A stretch of DNA of 64,000 nucleotides from an uncultured Nitrososphaerales archaeon (GTDB lineage: Archaea > Thermoproteota > Nitrososphaeria > Nitrososphaerales > Nitrososphaeraceae). Shown here piece by piece: positions 11,925 to 23,577 of this stretch. Location: contig CAVOHZ010000010.1 in the NCBI GenBank assembly GCA_963695855.1, positions 224,001 through 288,000 on the forward strand, written 5' to 3'. Positions within the stretch are counted from its first letter, which is position 1, and the number at the start of each line of letters is the position of its first letter. The notes under the pieces were generated by a model. That model made no database searches. It saw only the letters and a list, made by a program, of their open reading frames with translations, and had not been told where the DNA came from. The position numbers and the translations under genes are program-made.

Positions 11925-13601
11925 ATGGTACCCATTATTAATTTTGAATCAAGAATGAGAAAAAAGATTGTCGATGCTACTGTTTCTCTTTCAGAAATTA
12001 AAGACAATAGTGTAGTAGCAATTTCTGGTTTCAATATGGCTATTACGCCAGAATACTTAATTTTGGAATCGTACAGAAAATATGTGGAGGAAGGACATCC
12101 TAATAATATATTTATTATATCAGATGCGTTGCCGGCTATTCCCGGCAGGGGGATAGATAAAATTGCCGAGCCCCTTTATAATGATCGCAACCAAAAGTTT
12201 CTACGGGGAATATTGATGCCTTTTTTGGGTTTTTCTCCATGGCTTCAAAAGATGGTACACGAAGACAGGATCGAATATTATGGCTGGCCAATAGGGATTA
12301 CGGCCTATTGGTTTAGAGAGATCGCATCTGGAAGACCAGGACTTTTAACAAAAATCGGTATAGACACATTTTTGGATCCAAGAAGAGAGGGAGCTGCATT
12401 AAATGAACTTGGTAAGAAAAACGCATCCTGCAAAGTTAGTGTTTTAGATATTGATGGAGCAGAATGGCTGTTATATCAAGCTCCAAAACCTAATTGTTGT
12501 TTTATAAGAGCAACAACGTCTGATGAAACAGGTAATTTGTCAATGGAAGATGAGGGCATAAGAGGAACCATCCTTAGTATTGCACAAGCTACTAAAGCAA
12601 GTCCACATCAAGGAACTGTTATTGCACAAGTAAAATGGATCACCCGATCGGGCTCAATTAATCCAAGGGATGTTGATGTACCGGGTCCATTGGTTGATTA
12701 TGTTATAGTATCTCCAAAACAATATCACTGGCAGAGCGGAAATATTGAATTTGATCCTAGAATATCATATAAAATACTTCCCTCATTAACAGATACATTA
12801 TTTGATGGTCTTCCCAAGGTATCTATGAAAGCACACCAAAAAGTGATAGCAAGAAGAGTCATCTTAGAATTAGTAAGATTACTAGAAGAAAAAAATGCTC
12901 CAGTATTAGTTAACTTGGGAATAGGCATACCTGCTTTCGTTTCTTCTATAGCAGCTGAAGAGGAGGTATCGGAATTTATTATAACCGTACTTGAATCTGG
13001 TCAATGGGGTGGACTTGCTCTTTCAGGAAATGACTTTGGATTGGCAATCAGTCCATTTGCACTTTCAACTATTCCAGATGTATTTTCCAACTTTGAGGGT
13101 GGGATAATAGATGCTGCATCTCTTGGTTTTCTACAAATAGATAAGGAAGGTAATGTTAACCCATCCATTCTTCCTAATAAGATATTTGGGCCCGGAGGAT
13201 TTCCTGTTATTGCAGGGGGGGCACCTAGGACTTTCTTTGCTGGGTCTTTCACAGCAGGAAAAAGCAATATTATACTTTCAAACAACACTATAAAAATCGA
13301 AAACGATGGAGGAACATCGAAGTTCGTTGAAAAAGTCTATAGGATAGTATTTAGTGGGAAGCAAGCGGCTAAATATGGTCATATAATTCGCTATATAACT
13401 GAAAGAGCAGTCTTCAGGTTAACAGATCGTGGAATAGTTCTTGATGAAATTGCTCCTAAAATCGACATAGATAAAGAGGTATTAGCAAAAATGGATTTTT
13501 TACCTATAATAAGTTCTAATCTCAGGACAATGGATGAAAGAATTTTTGACGAATCAAAGATGAATATAAAAGAAGAAGTAGTTCGAATATTTAAAAAGTG
13601 A
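11925..13601 (+). CDS. Family I acyl-CoA:acetate/propionate CoA-transferase (fused alpha-beta, YdiF/Pct type)
   Basis: GRPGLLTKIGIDTFLDP, VNLGIGIP, catalytic ESG, GNVN, YITERAVF. Confidence 0.9.
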   Translation: MVPIINFESRMRKKIVDATVSLSEIKDNSVVAISGFNMAITPEYLILESYRKYVEEGHPNNIFIISDALPAIPGRGIDKIAEPLYNDRNQKFLRGILMPFLGFSPWLQKMVHEDRIEYYGWPIGITAYWFREIASGRPGLLTKIGIDTFLDPRREGAALNELGKKNASCKVSVLDIDGAEWLLYQAPKPNCCFIRATTSDETGNLSMEDEGIRGTILSIAQATKASPHQGTVIAQVKWITRSGSINPRDVDVPGPLVDYVIVSPKQYHWQSGNIEFDPRISYKILPSLTDTLFDGLPKVSMKAHQKVIARRVILELVRLLEEKNAPVLVNLGIGIPAFVSSIAAEEEVSEFIITVLESGQWGGLALSGNDFGLAISPFALSTIPDVFSNFEGGIIDAASLGFLQIDKEGNVNPSILPNKIFGPGGFPVIAGGAPRTFFAGSFTAGKSNIILSNNTIKIENDGGTSKFVEKVYRIVFSGKQAAKYGHIIRYITERAVFRLTDRGIVLDEIAPKIDIDKEVLAKMDFLPIISSNLRTMDERIFDESKMNIKEEVVRIFKK

Positions 13602-13628
13602 CTGATCAGAATTCAAATTTGATCCTCA
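13578..13628 (+). repeat. 51-bp direct repeat, copy 1 (3' end of CoA-transferase gene)
   Basis: 48/51 identical to 20219-20269. Confidence 0.9.
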
Positions 13629-13681
13629 AAAAGAGGTGCAACACCATCGAAACCATGTGAATTACTTCTTCTCTATGTTCT

Positions 13682-13838
13682 TCTTCTCTAATTCTGTATT
13701 CCAGTTATCTATAACATCAAAATCCAGTAATACCTCGCCACGTTTAACAAGAGACTTGTTGTAATTTCTCCAGTTCACATAATATGACCAGAATTGGTTA
13801 GCTAAATGTGTTGGGAAGAACGACTCGTGCAACAACGC
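13682..13838 (-). mobile_element. IS5-family end fragment
   Basis: Near-identical to about 2309-2465 including the TIR. Confidence 0.85.
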
Positions 13839-13868
13839 TAATATATAAGGAGATTAGTAACCTATAAC

Positions 13869-14180
13869 ATGGCACAAAGACCAGTAGCACAGAAAGTAAT
13901 AGCAAAGAAAGGAATAAAAAAAGCAGTATTAAGAAAAGCAGTAAGAAAAGCATTAGGAAAGAAAGCAGTAAGAAAAGCAATATTAACAAAAGGTTTGGCA
14001 GGGAAGGGATTGAGAAAAGCAGCAGCACGTAAGGGATTGAGAAAAGCAGTATTAAGGAAAGCTATATTAAGAAAAGCAGTAAGGAAAGCTATATTAAGAA
14101 AAGCAGTAGGAAAAGCAATATTAAGAAACGTACTAGCACAGAAAAAAATAAGAAATACATTAGCAAAACAAGTCATATAA
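13869..14180 (+). CDS. Extremely basic Lys/Arg/Ala-rich repeat protein (histone H1-like composition)
   Basis: 103 aa, about 36 K+R and no D/E, (R/K)KA(V/I)L repeats, TATA-like box about 25 bp upstream of the ATG. Confidence 0.7.
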   Translation: MAQRPVAQKVIAKKGIKKAVLRKAVRKALGKKAVRKAILTKGLAGKGLRKAAARKGLRKAVLRKAILRKAVRKAILRKAVGKAILRNVLAQKKIRNTLAKQVI

Positions 14181-14529
14181 AAAGGAAGACCAACTTCAAC
14201 AAATTCAATGACATGATGCGAATGAATTTGGTTTGAGGTTAGTATAACATTACGTCGATATCTCAGATACAATTATCTAGTTATTTTTTTTATTACACCT
14301 TTTAAGATATCTACAGACGTTAACAATTACAAAAAGAGATGACTACAGACCTCTTCCTTACGAACAAGCCGATTATCAGTTTTCAAATTTACTATTTTCG
14401 ATAATCATATAAGAGAATTCTAATTTGTCCCTTTAGGTCCACTGACCAATTGGGATTAAATACTAATTCGTACAATAGAATAGACAGTAGTAGTTGTGAT
14501 ATCAACTCAGACAACAAGAAAAAGGAGAG

Positions 14530-14990
14530 GAAAAAACTAGTAGGCCAGTAAACCTATCTACAACTGTAAAAAAAATAGACCGAATATCAAGTAAGGAGAA
14601 CCAATTATTTGTAAGAAACTATCATGAATTCATGAAATCGTGTCAAGTGTCCGAACGTCATCTAAATAACAATCTAAAAGTGATGCTTTCCTTCAACAAT
14701 TACTTAGATTCAGATTCAGAAAATCAAGTTAAATTCTCAGATATCAAAAGTAGTGAAATAATTTTAAGATATCTTGAAACCAAGAGAAAACAAAAAGAAG
14801 ACGACCCCGACCAGAAATGGATATCAACTTGGAATCATTATTTCCATAGAATAAAGCATTTTTTTAGATGGTATTATAATTCTAGATATAGGATACTAAA
14901 TAAAAGGAGTTATGATGATAAAAGAAACCAACTATCAAGGTAACCACATTTATGAACCTGAAAATCAAAACAGTTGGAAAATACCTGAAT
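14530..14990 (+). pseudogene. N-terminal remnant of a tyrosine recombinase/integrase
   Basis: DPDQKWISTWNHYFHRIKHFFRW resembles the core-binding domain of thaumarchaeal integrases; no catalytic domain follows. Confidence 0.6.
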
Positions 14991-15419
14991 TCTTACAAAA
15001 AATTAACCAACTAACAAAAAGATATGAGATTGTAGAATGAGACATATATTAGACTTTGTAACAAATAATTCAACAAATCCTTTTCATAATTGATTTAACT
15101 AATAAAAATTAGCAATTATAAATCACAATAAATATTCACTAATCCAATTCACTGATTTAATTTATTAAAACTATGTCACCAAGTGTAGCTAAGAACTTCA
15201 ATTATAATTTAACTGTCTAATATTGGTGTGCACAAGTCAGGAGTATTTACCTTTGGATTCTTGATAAGTTTATTGATAATGTTAGCAGCACTGCCTGTTC
15301 TTAACCATCAGAATAGTTTTTCAAATACAGCAATGGTTCACGAATATGACAAATATTGGTAAATACTAGATAGTAGATAGATGAAAAAATTAAATTGTAA
15401 GATATTCGAACGTTAATTA

Positions 15420-16907
15420 TTGAAAACTGCAATTGCTGCTATTCTTTTTCTTTCTTTTATAGTATGTTTTACTTTTTTGTATTCTGTTGTATATGGATTT
15501 TCTCCTAAATTGAAAACTGAACTATTCACCAATAAAATAGAAAATTATATATATTATGGTATAAATGACGGTTACAATAATAACACTCTAAAAGATTTAG
15601 ATAAAAATATCAATTTAGATAGAGTATATGTAACAAGTAATGGTACTCATCTTGAAATAAAATTATTATTTAATGATTTTCTAGACAGACTTAAGAATAT
15701 ATTATTAAACAATAATACTGTTCCACAGAATCTTTTTATTAATATATTTATCGATTCTGATGATGATGAAACAACAGGATTCTTAGGTTATAATTATAAA
15801 TATTTGTTAACTCATAATATTTCAAATTCTTATAATGATAACAATTTAACTTCTGCTAAAAAAAATTTTACTCAAGATAGTATTCATAATAATTTAAAAC
15901 AAGATGAGATTCGTGAAATAATAGCAAGAACATTAAATTCTAAAGAAATACTTGAGAAACTTGACTGGGTAATAAAGGGATATGAACTCTTAGACTATGA
16001 CTTTCAACCATTATTCTTTTCTTCCAAAGTTAATGATAAATCTCTATCAGCCATTCCAGATGGCTTTAAGGTTACTTTAGACCTGAATCAAATAGGCTAT
16101 CCTTCAAATTATGCTCTTTTGGTTGAAGTTGGAAGGAAATTAGAAGACTACATGTTTTCCAATGTTTTTGGAAAAGTACATGTACCACGTCCAAATCTAA
16201 TTTTAGAGGATAAAAAAATAGATATTGCCAATGGTAAGAACTCGGTCGTTCTGCACTTTAATAGTACCGGTCTATATAATTTAAATGTGAAGGCGGAATT
16301 ACTGAACAATAGTAATTCTGATGATAATTTAGTACTTAATTTTAGTCAAGGAAATCAATTTAATCTATTAAGCGAAAAAGGTGTATTACCTATAGATGTT
16401 ATAGTTGATTCTAATTATAAACAAAAAAATCTTGTTGTTCCTCTCAATATGTCTTATAGTGTTGTAGGTGAAAATGATCTTACAGAATCGGGTTTTAATA
16501 ATTCACTAACCAAGGAAAATATATACAATAAAATACTTTACTTGAATCTTAACCTTATTAATGAAAGGAATCGTTTAATTAACTTTGACGAAATTCCTCC
16601 CCAATATATTGCAGTATTTCTTGGGGCTGTATTCACCTTTTTTATTCCATCTATTGTTAGGGTGACCAAGGAATATTTTCAAAAACGAACTGCCAACAAG
16701 TACCTAAACAATATTCTTAAAGAACAAAATTTGTCAGATAATCCTGCTGATATTTCTATTAAAAATATAATGAGTATTTCAAGGATCTTAAAACATGAAT
16801 TTATTAAAGGAAAGATAACCAAGGAAGGATATGAAATATTAAAAGAAAACATATCTGATGTTCTAAAAGATTTAGTATCTAAAAAAACTAGTAGTAGTGA
16901 TAAATAG
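15420..16907 (+). CDS. Asn-rich secreted/membrane-anchored hypothetical protein
   Basis: 495-aa ORF, signal peptide, acidic FIDSDDDETTG loop, C-terminal TM helix. Confidence 0.75.
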   Translation: MKTAIAAILFLSFIVCFTFLYSVVYGFSPKLKTELFTNKIENYIYYGINDGYNNNTLKDLDKNINLDRVYVTSNGTHLEIKLLFNDFLDRLKNILLNNNTVPQNLFINIFIDSDDDETTGFLGYNYKYLLTHNISNSYNDNNLTSAKKNFTQDSIHNNLKQDEIREIIARTLNSKEILEKLDWVIKGYELLDYDFQPLFFSSKVNDKSLSAIPDGFKVTLDLNQIGYPSNYALLVEVGRKLEDYMFSNVFGKVHVPRPNLILEDKKIDIANGKNSVVLHFNSTGLYNLNVKAELLNNSNSDDNLVLNFSQGNQFNLLSEKGVLPIDVIVDSNYKQKNLVVPLNMSYSVVGENDLTESGFNNSLTKENIYNKILYLNLNLINERNRLINFDEIPPQYIAVFLGAVFTFFIPSIVRVTKEYFQKRTANKYLNNILKEQNLSDNPADISIKNIMSISRILKHEFIKGKITKEGYEILKENISDVLKDLVSKKTSSSDK

Positions 16908-17115
16908 TATGAAAAAGATGCGATTAGATAAGGATATAGTTGTAATTATTTCTCCTTATCTATCATGTCCTGTTCCCACCGTTGCAGTAGTTTTTAATTT
17001 AAGTTGTAATCTTCTTTTATTAATAGAGGATATTTATATATAAAAAATAAACCAAATATTTTCGTCAGCATAATAAGATTTCATAGGAACTCTTATTAAG
17101 GAATTTTTGTATATT

Positions 17116-18150
17116 AGATCGTTTGCGTAATTAGATAAAATCTATTATATATCTTGATGATGCCTTATATTGCTATCATCTTCTGTTGTGTATTATTCGA
17201 TAATTTACTAAACCAGAAACAATATCTGACATTGTATCGTATCTTTTCAATCTGTTTCTGTATTTGTTTCCCATAATACTAAATTTCTTTATTCTACATA
17301 TAGTATGTTCTACTATTACTCTCTGTCTACGATGTCTTTTGTTGTACATTTTCTCTTTTTCTGTAAGGTCAATATTACGTTTCTTCTTTACAGGTAATAC
17401 TGCTTTGATATCTGGAAAATCTTTTTCTACTCCAATATAACCAAGATCAAAATAGTTTTTTACATCTTTTGGTGTTGTCGGATGAACATCTTTGTATACT
17501 GTATAGTCATGCTCTCTTCCTTCTTCATGGTTTGATTTATGTAATATTTCTCCTTTTTTGTTTACCATATACTGTGTCTTTACAGTATGTTTTTTCTTTT
17601 TTCCAGAATAGTACTCTTTTCTTCTTGTTTTGTCTGTAGGTACTGGAATTTCCTGTTCTGTTGAATCTATAAATGCTTTAAATCCTGGAAAATACAGTTC
17701 TACTTCATCTACTGTTCTTAATCTTCTTGTTACGTTGTATATTTTTTGAGGTAGTGGAATACAACTTTTTACTATAGGTTCCATATATCTTACATCTCTA
17801 TGTACATTGCTCTGATCCAGATCAAACAAAAATCCTGTTAATGCATTGGTTATGTATAGTTTATAGTACACAAGAAGCATAACAAATCTATCTCTTGTTG
17901 TATGTTTGAAATGTCTTCCAGCTCCTAAATTTCTTTTTCTCTTTCTTTTTGATAGACGTTTTATCTCATATTTTGGATATTTTGATTCTACTTGCTTACA
18001 AATAGAATCAAACTCAGATAATTCCAATCCTGTAAAGGATCTAAACAATAACGGTTTTTTAGATAAACTATCATAATTGAGCAAATTTATGAGAAATTAG
18101 TATAGAAATGAGGAATATAGCTGTAAGCTTTCTAATTATGCAATAGATCT
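17116..18150 (-). mobile_element. IS5-family (ISL2-like) element with apparently intact transposase 17176-18084
   Basis: TIRs agatcgtttgcgtaattaga / tctaattatgcaatagatct; 3-bp TSD att; IDSTE, YSGKKK, DLGY, RVIVEH motifs. Confidence 0.92.
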
Positions 18151-18761
18151 ATTCTACTAATCACATCGTTCTATCGCAAAGTGAACTAATTTTATTTTAT
18201 TAATCAATTGTTTTTATAGAGAAGGTATTATTGTATAATATTATTACTCTATGAGACTAATTGATAGAATTGTTTCTAGTTGCAGTAAATATCTAAAGAA
18301 GAATATAAATTCGCCAAAATCCTTAATCGTGCTTGTTTTTTCATTTTTTTCAATTATCTTTGTCGTATATTTGGTGGAATCTGTTTTAGTTCACTATTTA
18401 CTCAAATATATATTCTAAAGAATAATACCATGTTCATATTGCATAAATTAAAATTTTTATAGTATTATTTTTTTAAAATTTTTATACCTATATATTATTA
18501 TTCATGAATTGTGTCATTTGTTTTTGTCGTTTTTTGCATCAAAAAAGGCCGTTAATTCTTTTGATAGTTGGTCACAAAATATACGTAAAATCTCGAATTC
18601 AACATGAGTTAGCTTTTAGCAATATGAAATTTATTTATTGTCTTCCAAATGGTACATTAAATGGTTCGATGTCTGAGTTGATGATAATTTAAAACAAGTA
18701 AAGACAGATAAAAAGTTTGGAGCTTTCGACGTTAGTATATTTCCCTACAAGTGTCCCAAGC

Positions 18762-19001
18762 TTAAAGGACTTGCCAAAAATTAGGATCTTGATAATATTT
18801 GTAGGCAGTTTCCGCCCTTTCTTTAGTAATTTTCGCATTGATTATGTCTTTATTATCAGCCTGCGTATTAGCTTCATCAAGCAGTCTGCTAATCTCGTCC
18901 AAGAATTTTTGTCTAACTTCAGCTTCATTGTTTCTTTTAATTTCAGTAATTTTCCGATCCAAATCACTTATCTTTTGTTTAATTCCATCTTCGGTGGACA
19001 T
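18762..19001 (-). CDS. Small coiled-coil hypothetical protein
   Basis: ATG start, protein-like charged helical composition. Confidence 0.55.
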   Translation of the reverse strand: MSTEDGIKQKISDLDRKITEIKRNNEAEVRQKFLDEISRLLDEANTQADNKDIINAKITKERAETAYKYYQDPNFWQVL

Positions 19002-19056
19002 GAGCGACGTAGTAGCATTAACTTATTTAAAGGTATTATAAATTAAGATTATTAGT

Positions 19057-20109
19057 TGTTGTACTTACATAGATCGGTAACAGATTCACTTACCAACATG
19101 GGTAACACTTTTTAGCTGCTTGATTTTCTTGTTACCATTATGATTATTTAATCTTCCTTTCCTAAGAAACATTTCAGATGGTGTGTGACCATTGATGCCA
19201 CCATGTTCTCTTTCTTCATTGTATGATTTTACAAACATGGAATACATTCTCTTTCCATCTTCTACATTAGGAATATTTTCTACTGCTAAAAATTCGTTTT
19301 TTACTATCTTGTTATATGCTTCTATCTTTCCCTGTAGTTGCGGATATCTGGCAGGTATGGATTTATCTTTAATGTTATTACGTTGTAGAAAACGTCTGAA
19401 TATTCTGGATGTAAACTGTTTACCATTATCATGCATTACCTTTTCTGGTTTCCCATTCTCTACAATATAGTCTTCTAGTACATGCAATACATCTATGCTT
19501 CTTTTTCTTTCAGACCAGTCACTTGATACCTTTCTTGAACAATCGTCTTCACAACTGATAAAATAGTTCTTTTGAGCACAATTTTCTAGATAAAAAGGAC
19601 CTAAAATATCCATCTGTACCATTTGATTGGGTTTTTTCATTGCAAACCTATTCCATTTTCTTTTATTCCTTATCTTGCATTCCAGGATATTCAGACCATG
19701 TCTTTTCAATATCTTGTATATGATTCTTGTACTTAGTGACATCTCCTCTAGTCTTTTTAACCTGAATCTGATCCGGTTACATCCAAATCTTTTTGTTATA
19801 CGTAAATCCAATATTTCTTCTTCTATCTCTTTTGTTATTTTTGCAGGTTGTATATTGTGTGGTTTTCTACTTCTATCATGTAGACCATTTATTCCATACT
19901 TTAGGTACCTGTTCCTCCACTTGTAGTATATCTTTCTGGATATTTGATATCTAGTACAAATATCAGTTACCGTATCTCCAGTCCATTCTTTTTCATGAAT
20001 TAAATTATATCTTGTTTGTATTTCTATTTTTTATACACTTCCTAGCAGAACTAGAAAGTGTTACCCATGTCAGTAAATGAAATTGTAACCTATGTTAGCA
20101 AGTACAACA
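19057..20109 (-). mobile_element. IS481-family element
   Basis: tgttgtactt / aagtacaaca ends; 6-bp near-TSD attagt/attaat; QMDILG, HDNGKQF, GKIEAYN motifs; the frame is open up to about 20030, where an A6 run puts the likely GTG start out of frame. Confidence 0.9.
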
Positions 20110-20122
20110 ATTAATAATACTA

Positions 20123-20230
20123 ATGCCAGAAATGTCTAAAGATGAAGTTAGAAATTTTCTTTTAAAATGAACTTTTACAGGGAAACTTGGAACTATTAAC
20201 AAAAATGGGACACCACATGTAGTTCCAGTA
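20123..20230 (+). pseudogene. 5' fragment of a PPOX/F420-dependent oxidoreductase gene
   Basis: Reads MPEMSKDEVRNFLLK*TFTGKLGTINKNGTPHVVPV and then runs into the 51-bp repeat. Confidence 0.7.
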
Positions 20231-20269
20231 TTTAAAAAGTGACTGATGAGAATTCAAATTTGATCCTCA
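20219..20269 (+). repeat. 51-bp direct repeat, copy 2
   Basis: 48/51 identical to 13578-13628. Confidence 0.9.
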
Positions 20270-20343
20270 TTTACATCTTTCATTTATTTTGATTCTCATG
20301 ATTAACAAATCATTCTTAATTTTGTTAAACATACCTGTATTTT

Positions 20344-21006
20344 TTATACATACAGGAATTTTGAGAACCATTGTAAAGCCAACTTAGAAACTTCCTCTAG
20401 CGTTCCAGGCTCTTCAAAAAGATGTGTCGCCGTAGGAACAATTATCAATTTTTTATCTTTCACTTCTTTAAGATTTTCGAATGCATCTTTATTTAATTTT
20501 ATAACTTCAATATCTTTTTCTCCGACTAGTAAGAGCGTTGGTGCTTTTACCTTGAAAAGTGCATCATTTGCCAGATCCGGTCGCCCGCCTCTTGAAACAA
20601 TAGCTTTAATATTCTTATTATCTGCTGCAGCCACCAGAGCTGCAGCAGCACCGGTACTTGCACCAAAATATCCGATTTTTAAATTTCTTGAACTGGGATT
20701 TTCTTTAATCCATTTCGTCGCATCATTCAATCTATCAGCCAAAAGTTTGATATCAAATCTCAAATGACCACTCCACATCTCTTCATGCTCTTCTTCTTTC
20801 GTAAGGAGATCAAACAAAAGTGTTGCAATATTACCATCTTGCAATGTTTGTGCTACATGTTTATTTCTTGGACTGAATCTACTACTTCCACTACCATGAA
20901 CAAAGAGAACTATTCCACTTGCCTCATCCGGAATTGAAAGATCGCCTTCGAGTACTTTCGAACCAGAAGTAAAAGACACACTATTAATAGTAGATTTTTT
21001 GGTCAT
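20344..21006 (-). CDS. Dienelactone-hydrolase-family alpha/beta hydrolase
   Basis: HGSGSSRFSPRN, GYFGASTG, SRGGRPDLA, HLFEEPG. Confidence 0.9.
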   Translation of the reverse strand: MTKKSTINSVSFTSGSKVLEGDLSIPDEASGIVLFVHGSGSSRFSPRNKHVAQTLQDGNIATLLFDLLTKEEEHEEMWSGHLRFDIKLLADRLNDATKWIKENPSSRNLKIGYFGASTGAAAALVAAADNKNIKAIVSRGGRPDLANDALFKVKAPTLLLVGEKDIEVIKLNKDAFENLKEVKDKKLIIVPTATHLFEEPGTLEEVSKLALQWFSKFLYV

Positions 21007-21288
21007 CTTCCTTCGACCAAACTAAGGCCTATTTTATTAGAAGGTTTTTGATTTGTGAAAAATGACATGACTTTATTATTTTTATTTTTTCCGCCTAGGT
21101 TCATTAATATAAATAATGTGTTCATGCCAAGTATAACATTTTATTATAATATTAAGACTATGCAATTAATTGTACACTGGTAATAAATTCATTTTATTTA
21201 GTTTATTTTATTTTCTGTCATTGAATCATATTGGTCATAAGTAATACAGGTAAAGTGAAAATAAATAAATAACGAAAATTTCTAATAC

Positions 21289-23577
21289 TTGATACTAAAT
21301 TTAAATAAATTGAGAATATTTATTTCTGGAACAATACAAGGTGTAGGTTTTAGACCTTTTGTCTATAGAATTGCAAATGAATCTCATCTTTACGGGTATA
21401 TACAGAATAAAGGAGATGGCATTGTGGAGATCTGCGTTCAAGGAAGCCAGAAAAATATTGACATTTTCATGAGAAAAATTAAGAATGAGAAGCCTGTCCT
21501 TGCACATTATGAAGATATTGATATTAGGGATTTTGAAGAGGATAAAAAATACAATGATTTTATCATAATCGAAAGTTCCAATACAAGATCAAAAACAGGT
21601 TCTTCAATCCATCCGGATATTTCAATATGTAAAATGTGCACGTTAGATTTTTTTCAAAATAAAAGAAGATATCAGTATCCATTCATCTCATGTACCGAAT
21701 GTGGTCCAAAATTTACCACATTGAGAAATTTTCCTTACGACAGAACCAATACAACAATGTCAGATTTTCCAATCTGTAAAGAATGCAAATCTGAATATAA
21801 TGACCCAAATAACAGGTTATTTCATTATGAACTAATATCTTGTACAGAATGTGGACCAAAATTTTCTATTGTTGATAACAAAGGTCATATCATCAATACC
21901 ACTGATCCCATAGCACTTTCAGCTGAATTAGTTACGGAAGGTAATATAATAGCAGTAAAGGGTCTTGGAGGTTTTCACATCATAACATCATCCACAAACT
22001 CCGATCCAATAATGAAATTGCGTAATAAAAAAGACAGAAAAAATAAACCTTTTGCGATCATGGGCAAAGATGTTGAATCGATAAAATCATTTGCTTGCCT
22101 AAACGAATTAGAAGAAAAAATACTAACTTCCATAACAAAACCTATTGTTCTATTAGACAAGAGTAATAATTATTTCCTTTCTCCTTTCATTTCACCGAAT
22201 CTCCACAATATTGGTGTTATGCTTCCCTATATGGGGTTACATATAATATTATTCAAATTCATAGAGGAGCCTGCTTTGGTTGTGACCAGTGGAAACGAAA
22301 GTGGTAATCCGATAATAAAAGATAACAAACAAGCTCTTAAATCTTTAGGAAATTATGTAGATTATCTTCTGGTTCATAATAGAGAAATATTTTCGAGATG
22401 CGATGACTCGATTATTAAAATGATAGAAGATACCCCCGTACTATTAAGGAGATCCAGAGGATTCGTTCCATCAAAGATCTCTTTTACTAAAAGTATTCCA
22501 GATTGTATTCTAGCACTGGGTGGAGAAAAGAACGTAACATTATCTATAATATCCAATGAAGACTGTTTCATTTCACAGCATATTGGAGACCTTTATAATG
22601 CAGATTCTTATTTATTTTTTAAGAATACAATTGAACAAATGATGAAATTTCTAAATTTGAAACCCTCTTTTTTTGCGTGTGATTTACACCCTTCTATGTT
22701 GACAACAAAATTAGCTTATAATTTAGCTCAGAATGAATCTAACGTCTTCCAAGTACAACATCATCACTCCCACATAGCCGCTCTAATGGCAGAACACAAC
22801 ATACAGGATATTATAGGAGTAGTATGTGATGGAATTGGATATGGTCTAGATGGAAATCTATGGGGAGGAGAAATATTCAAATGCGAAAATGTAACAAACA
22901 TACAACGAATAGGACATTTAAGTGAGCAACCCATGATAGGAGGAGATTTGGCGACACTAAATCCGTTAAGAATGGCCGCTGGAATACTATTTGGCAAGGT
23001 TGATGGTTTTGAAGATTTTCTATATTCAAATTTAATACGGTTCCAATATGGACATAAAGAAATAGAATCTATCATTAACAATCTACAATCTGATTCCTAC
23101 CCCAAAACCACCAGTACAGGCAGGATACTCGATGCAATATCATCTTTACTTGGAATTTGTTATAAAAGAACTTATGAAGGAGAACCTGCAATATCACTAG
23201 AATCAAGTTCAATAAATGGCAAAGATATTTTCATGGAGCCAGAAATATCAGGAAATATTTTAGATACTACATATTTACTAAAATATATATACGAAAACAG
23301 AGATAGGCTTTCTCGAAAAGATATTGGCTATTCTGCTCATGCCTATCTCGCAAAAGGCTTAGCAGAAATTGCTGGAGAAAATGCACTGTCCACAGGGATT
23401 GAAGTTGTTGGGTTTTCAGGAGGAGTTGCACATAATAAAATTTTTACAAAAATCCTAAAAGAAGAGATTGAGAAGAGGGGGATCAGATTCCTGCTACAGC
23501 AAAAAATTCCACCTGGAGATGGAGGACTTTCTGTAGGTCAAGCTTATTATACTATGAATAAAATTCTAAATAAATGA
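21289..23577 (+). CDS. hypF: Carbamoyltransferase HypF
   Basis: QGVGFRPF acylphosphatase domain, two Zn fingers, KGLGGFH, DLHP, QHHHSH, PPGDGGLSVGQ. Confidence 0.97.
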   Translation: MILNLNKLRIFISGTIQGVGFRPFVYRIANESHLYGYIQNKGDGIVEICVQGSQKNIDIFMRKIKNEKPVLAHYEDIDIRDFEEDKKYNDFIIIESSNTRSKTGSSIHPDISICKMCTLDFFQNKRRYQYPFISCTECGPKFTTLRNFPYDRTNTTMSDFPICKECKSEYNDPNNRLFHYELISCTECGPKFSIVDNKGHIINTTDPIALSAELVTEGNIIAVKGLGGFHIITSSTNSDPIMKLRNKKDRKNKPFAIMGKDVESIKSFACLNELEEKILTSITKPIVLLDKSNNYFLSPFISPNLHNIGVMLPYMGLHIILFKFIEEPALVVTSGNESGNPIIKDNKQALKSLGNYVDYLLVHNREIFSRCDDSIIKMIEDTPVLLRRSRGFVPSKISFTKSIPDCILALGGEKNVTLSIISNEDCFISQHIGDLYNADSYLFFKNTIEQMMKFLNLKPSFFACDLHPSMLTTKLAYNLAQNESNVFQVQHHHSHIAALMAEHNIQDIIGVVCDGIGYGLDGNLWGGEIFKCENVTNIQRIGHLSEQPMIGGDLATLNPLRMAAGILFGKVDGFEDFLYSNLIRFQYGHKEIESIINNLQSDSYPKTTSTGRILDAISSLLGICYKRTYEGEPAISLESSSINGKDIFMEPEISGNILDTTYLLKYIYENRDRLSRKDIGYSAHAYLAKGLAEIAGENALSTGIEVVGFSGGVAHNKIFTKILKEEIEKRGIRFLLQQKIPPGDGGLSVGQAYYTMNKILNK

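Noticed and set aside
13798-14272. Hydrophobic antisense ORFs (AFL repeats, Leu-rich)
   Set aside because: Antisense to the basic protein, which has the ATG and TATA-like box; they are open only because of the repeat.
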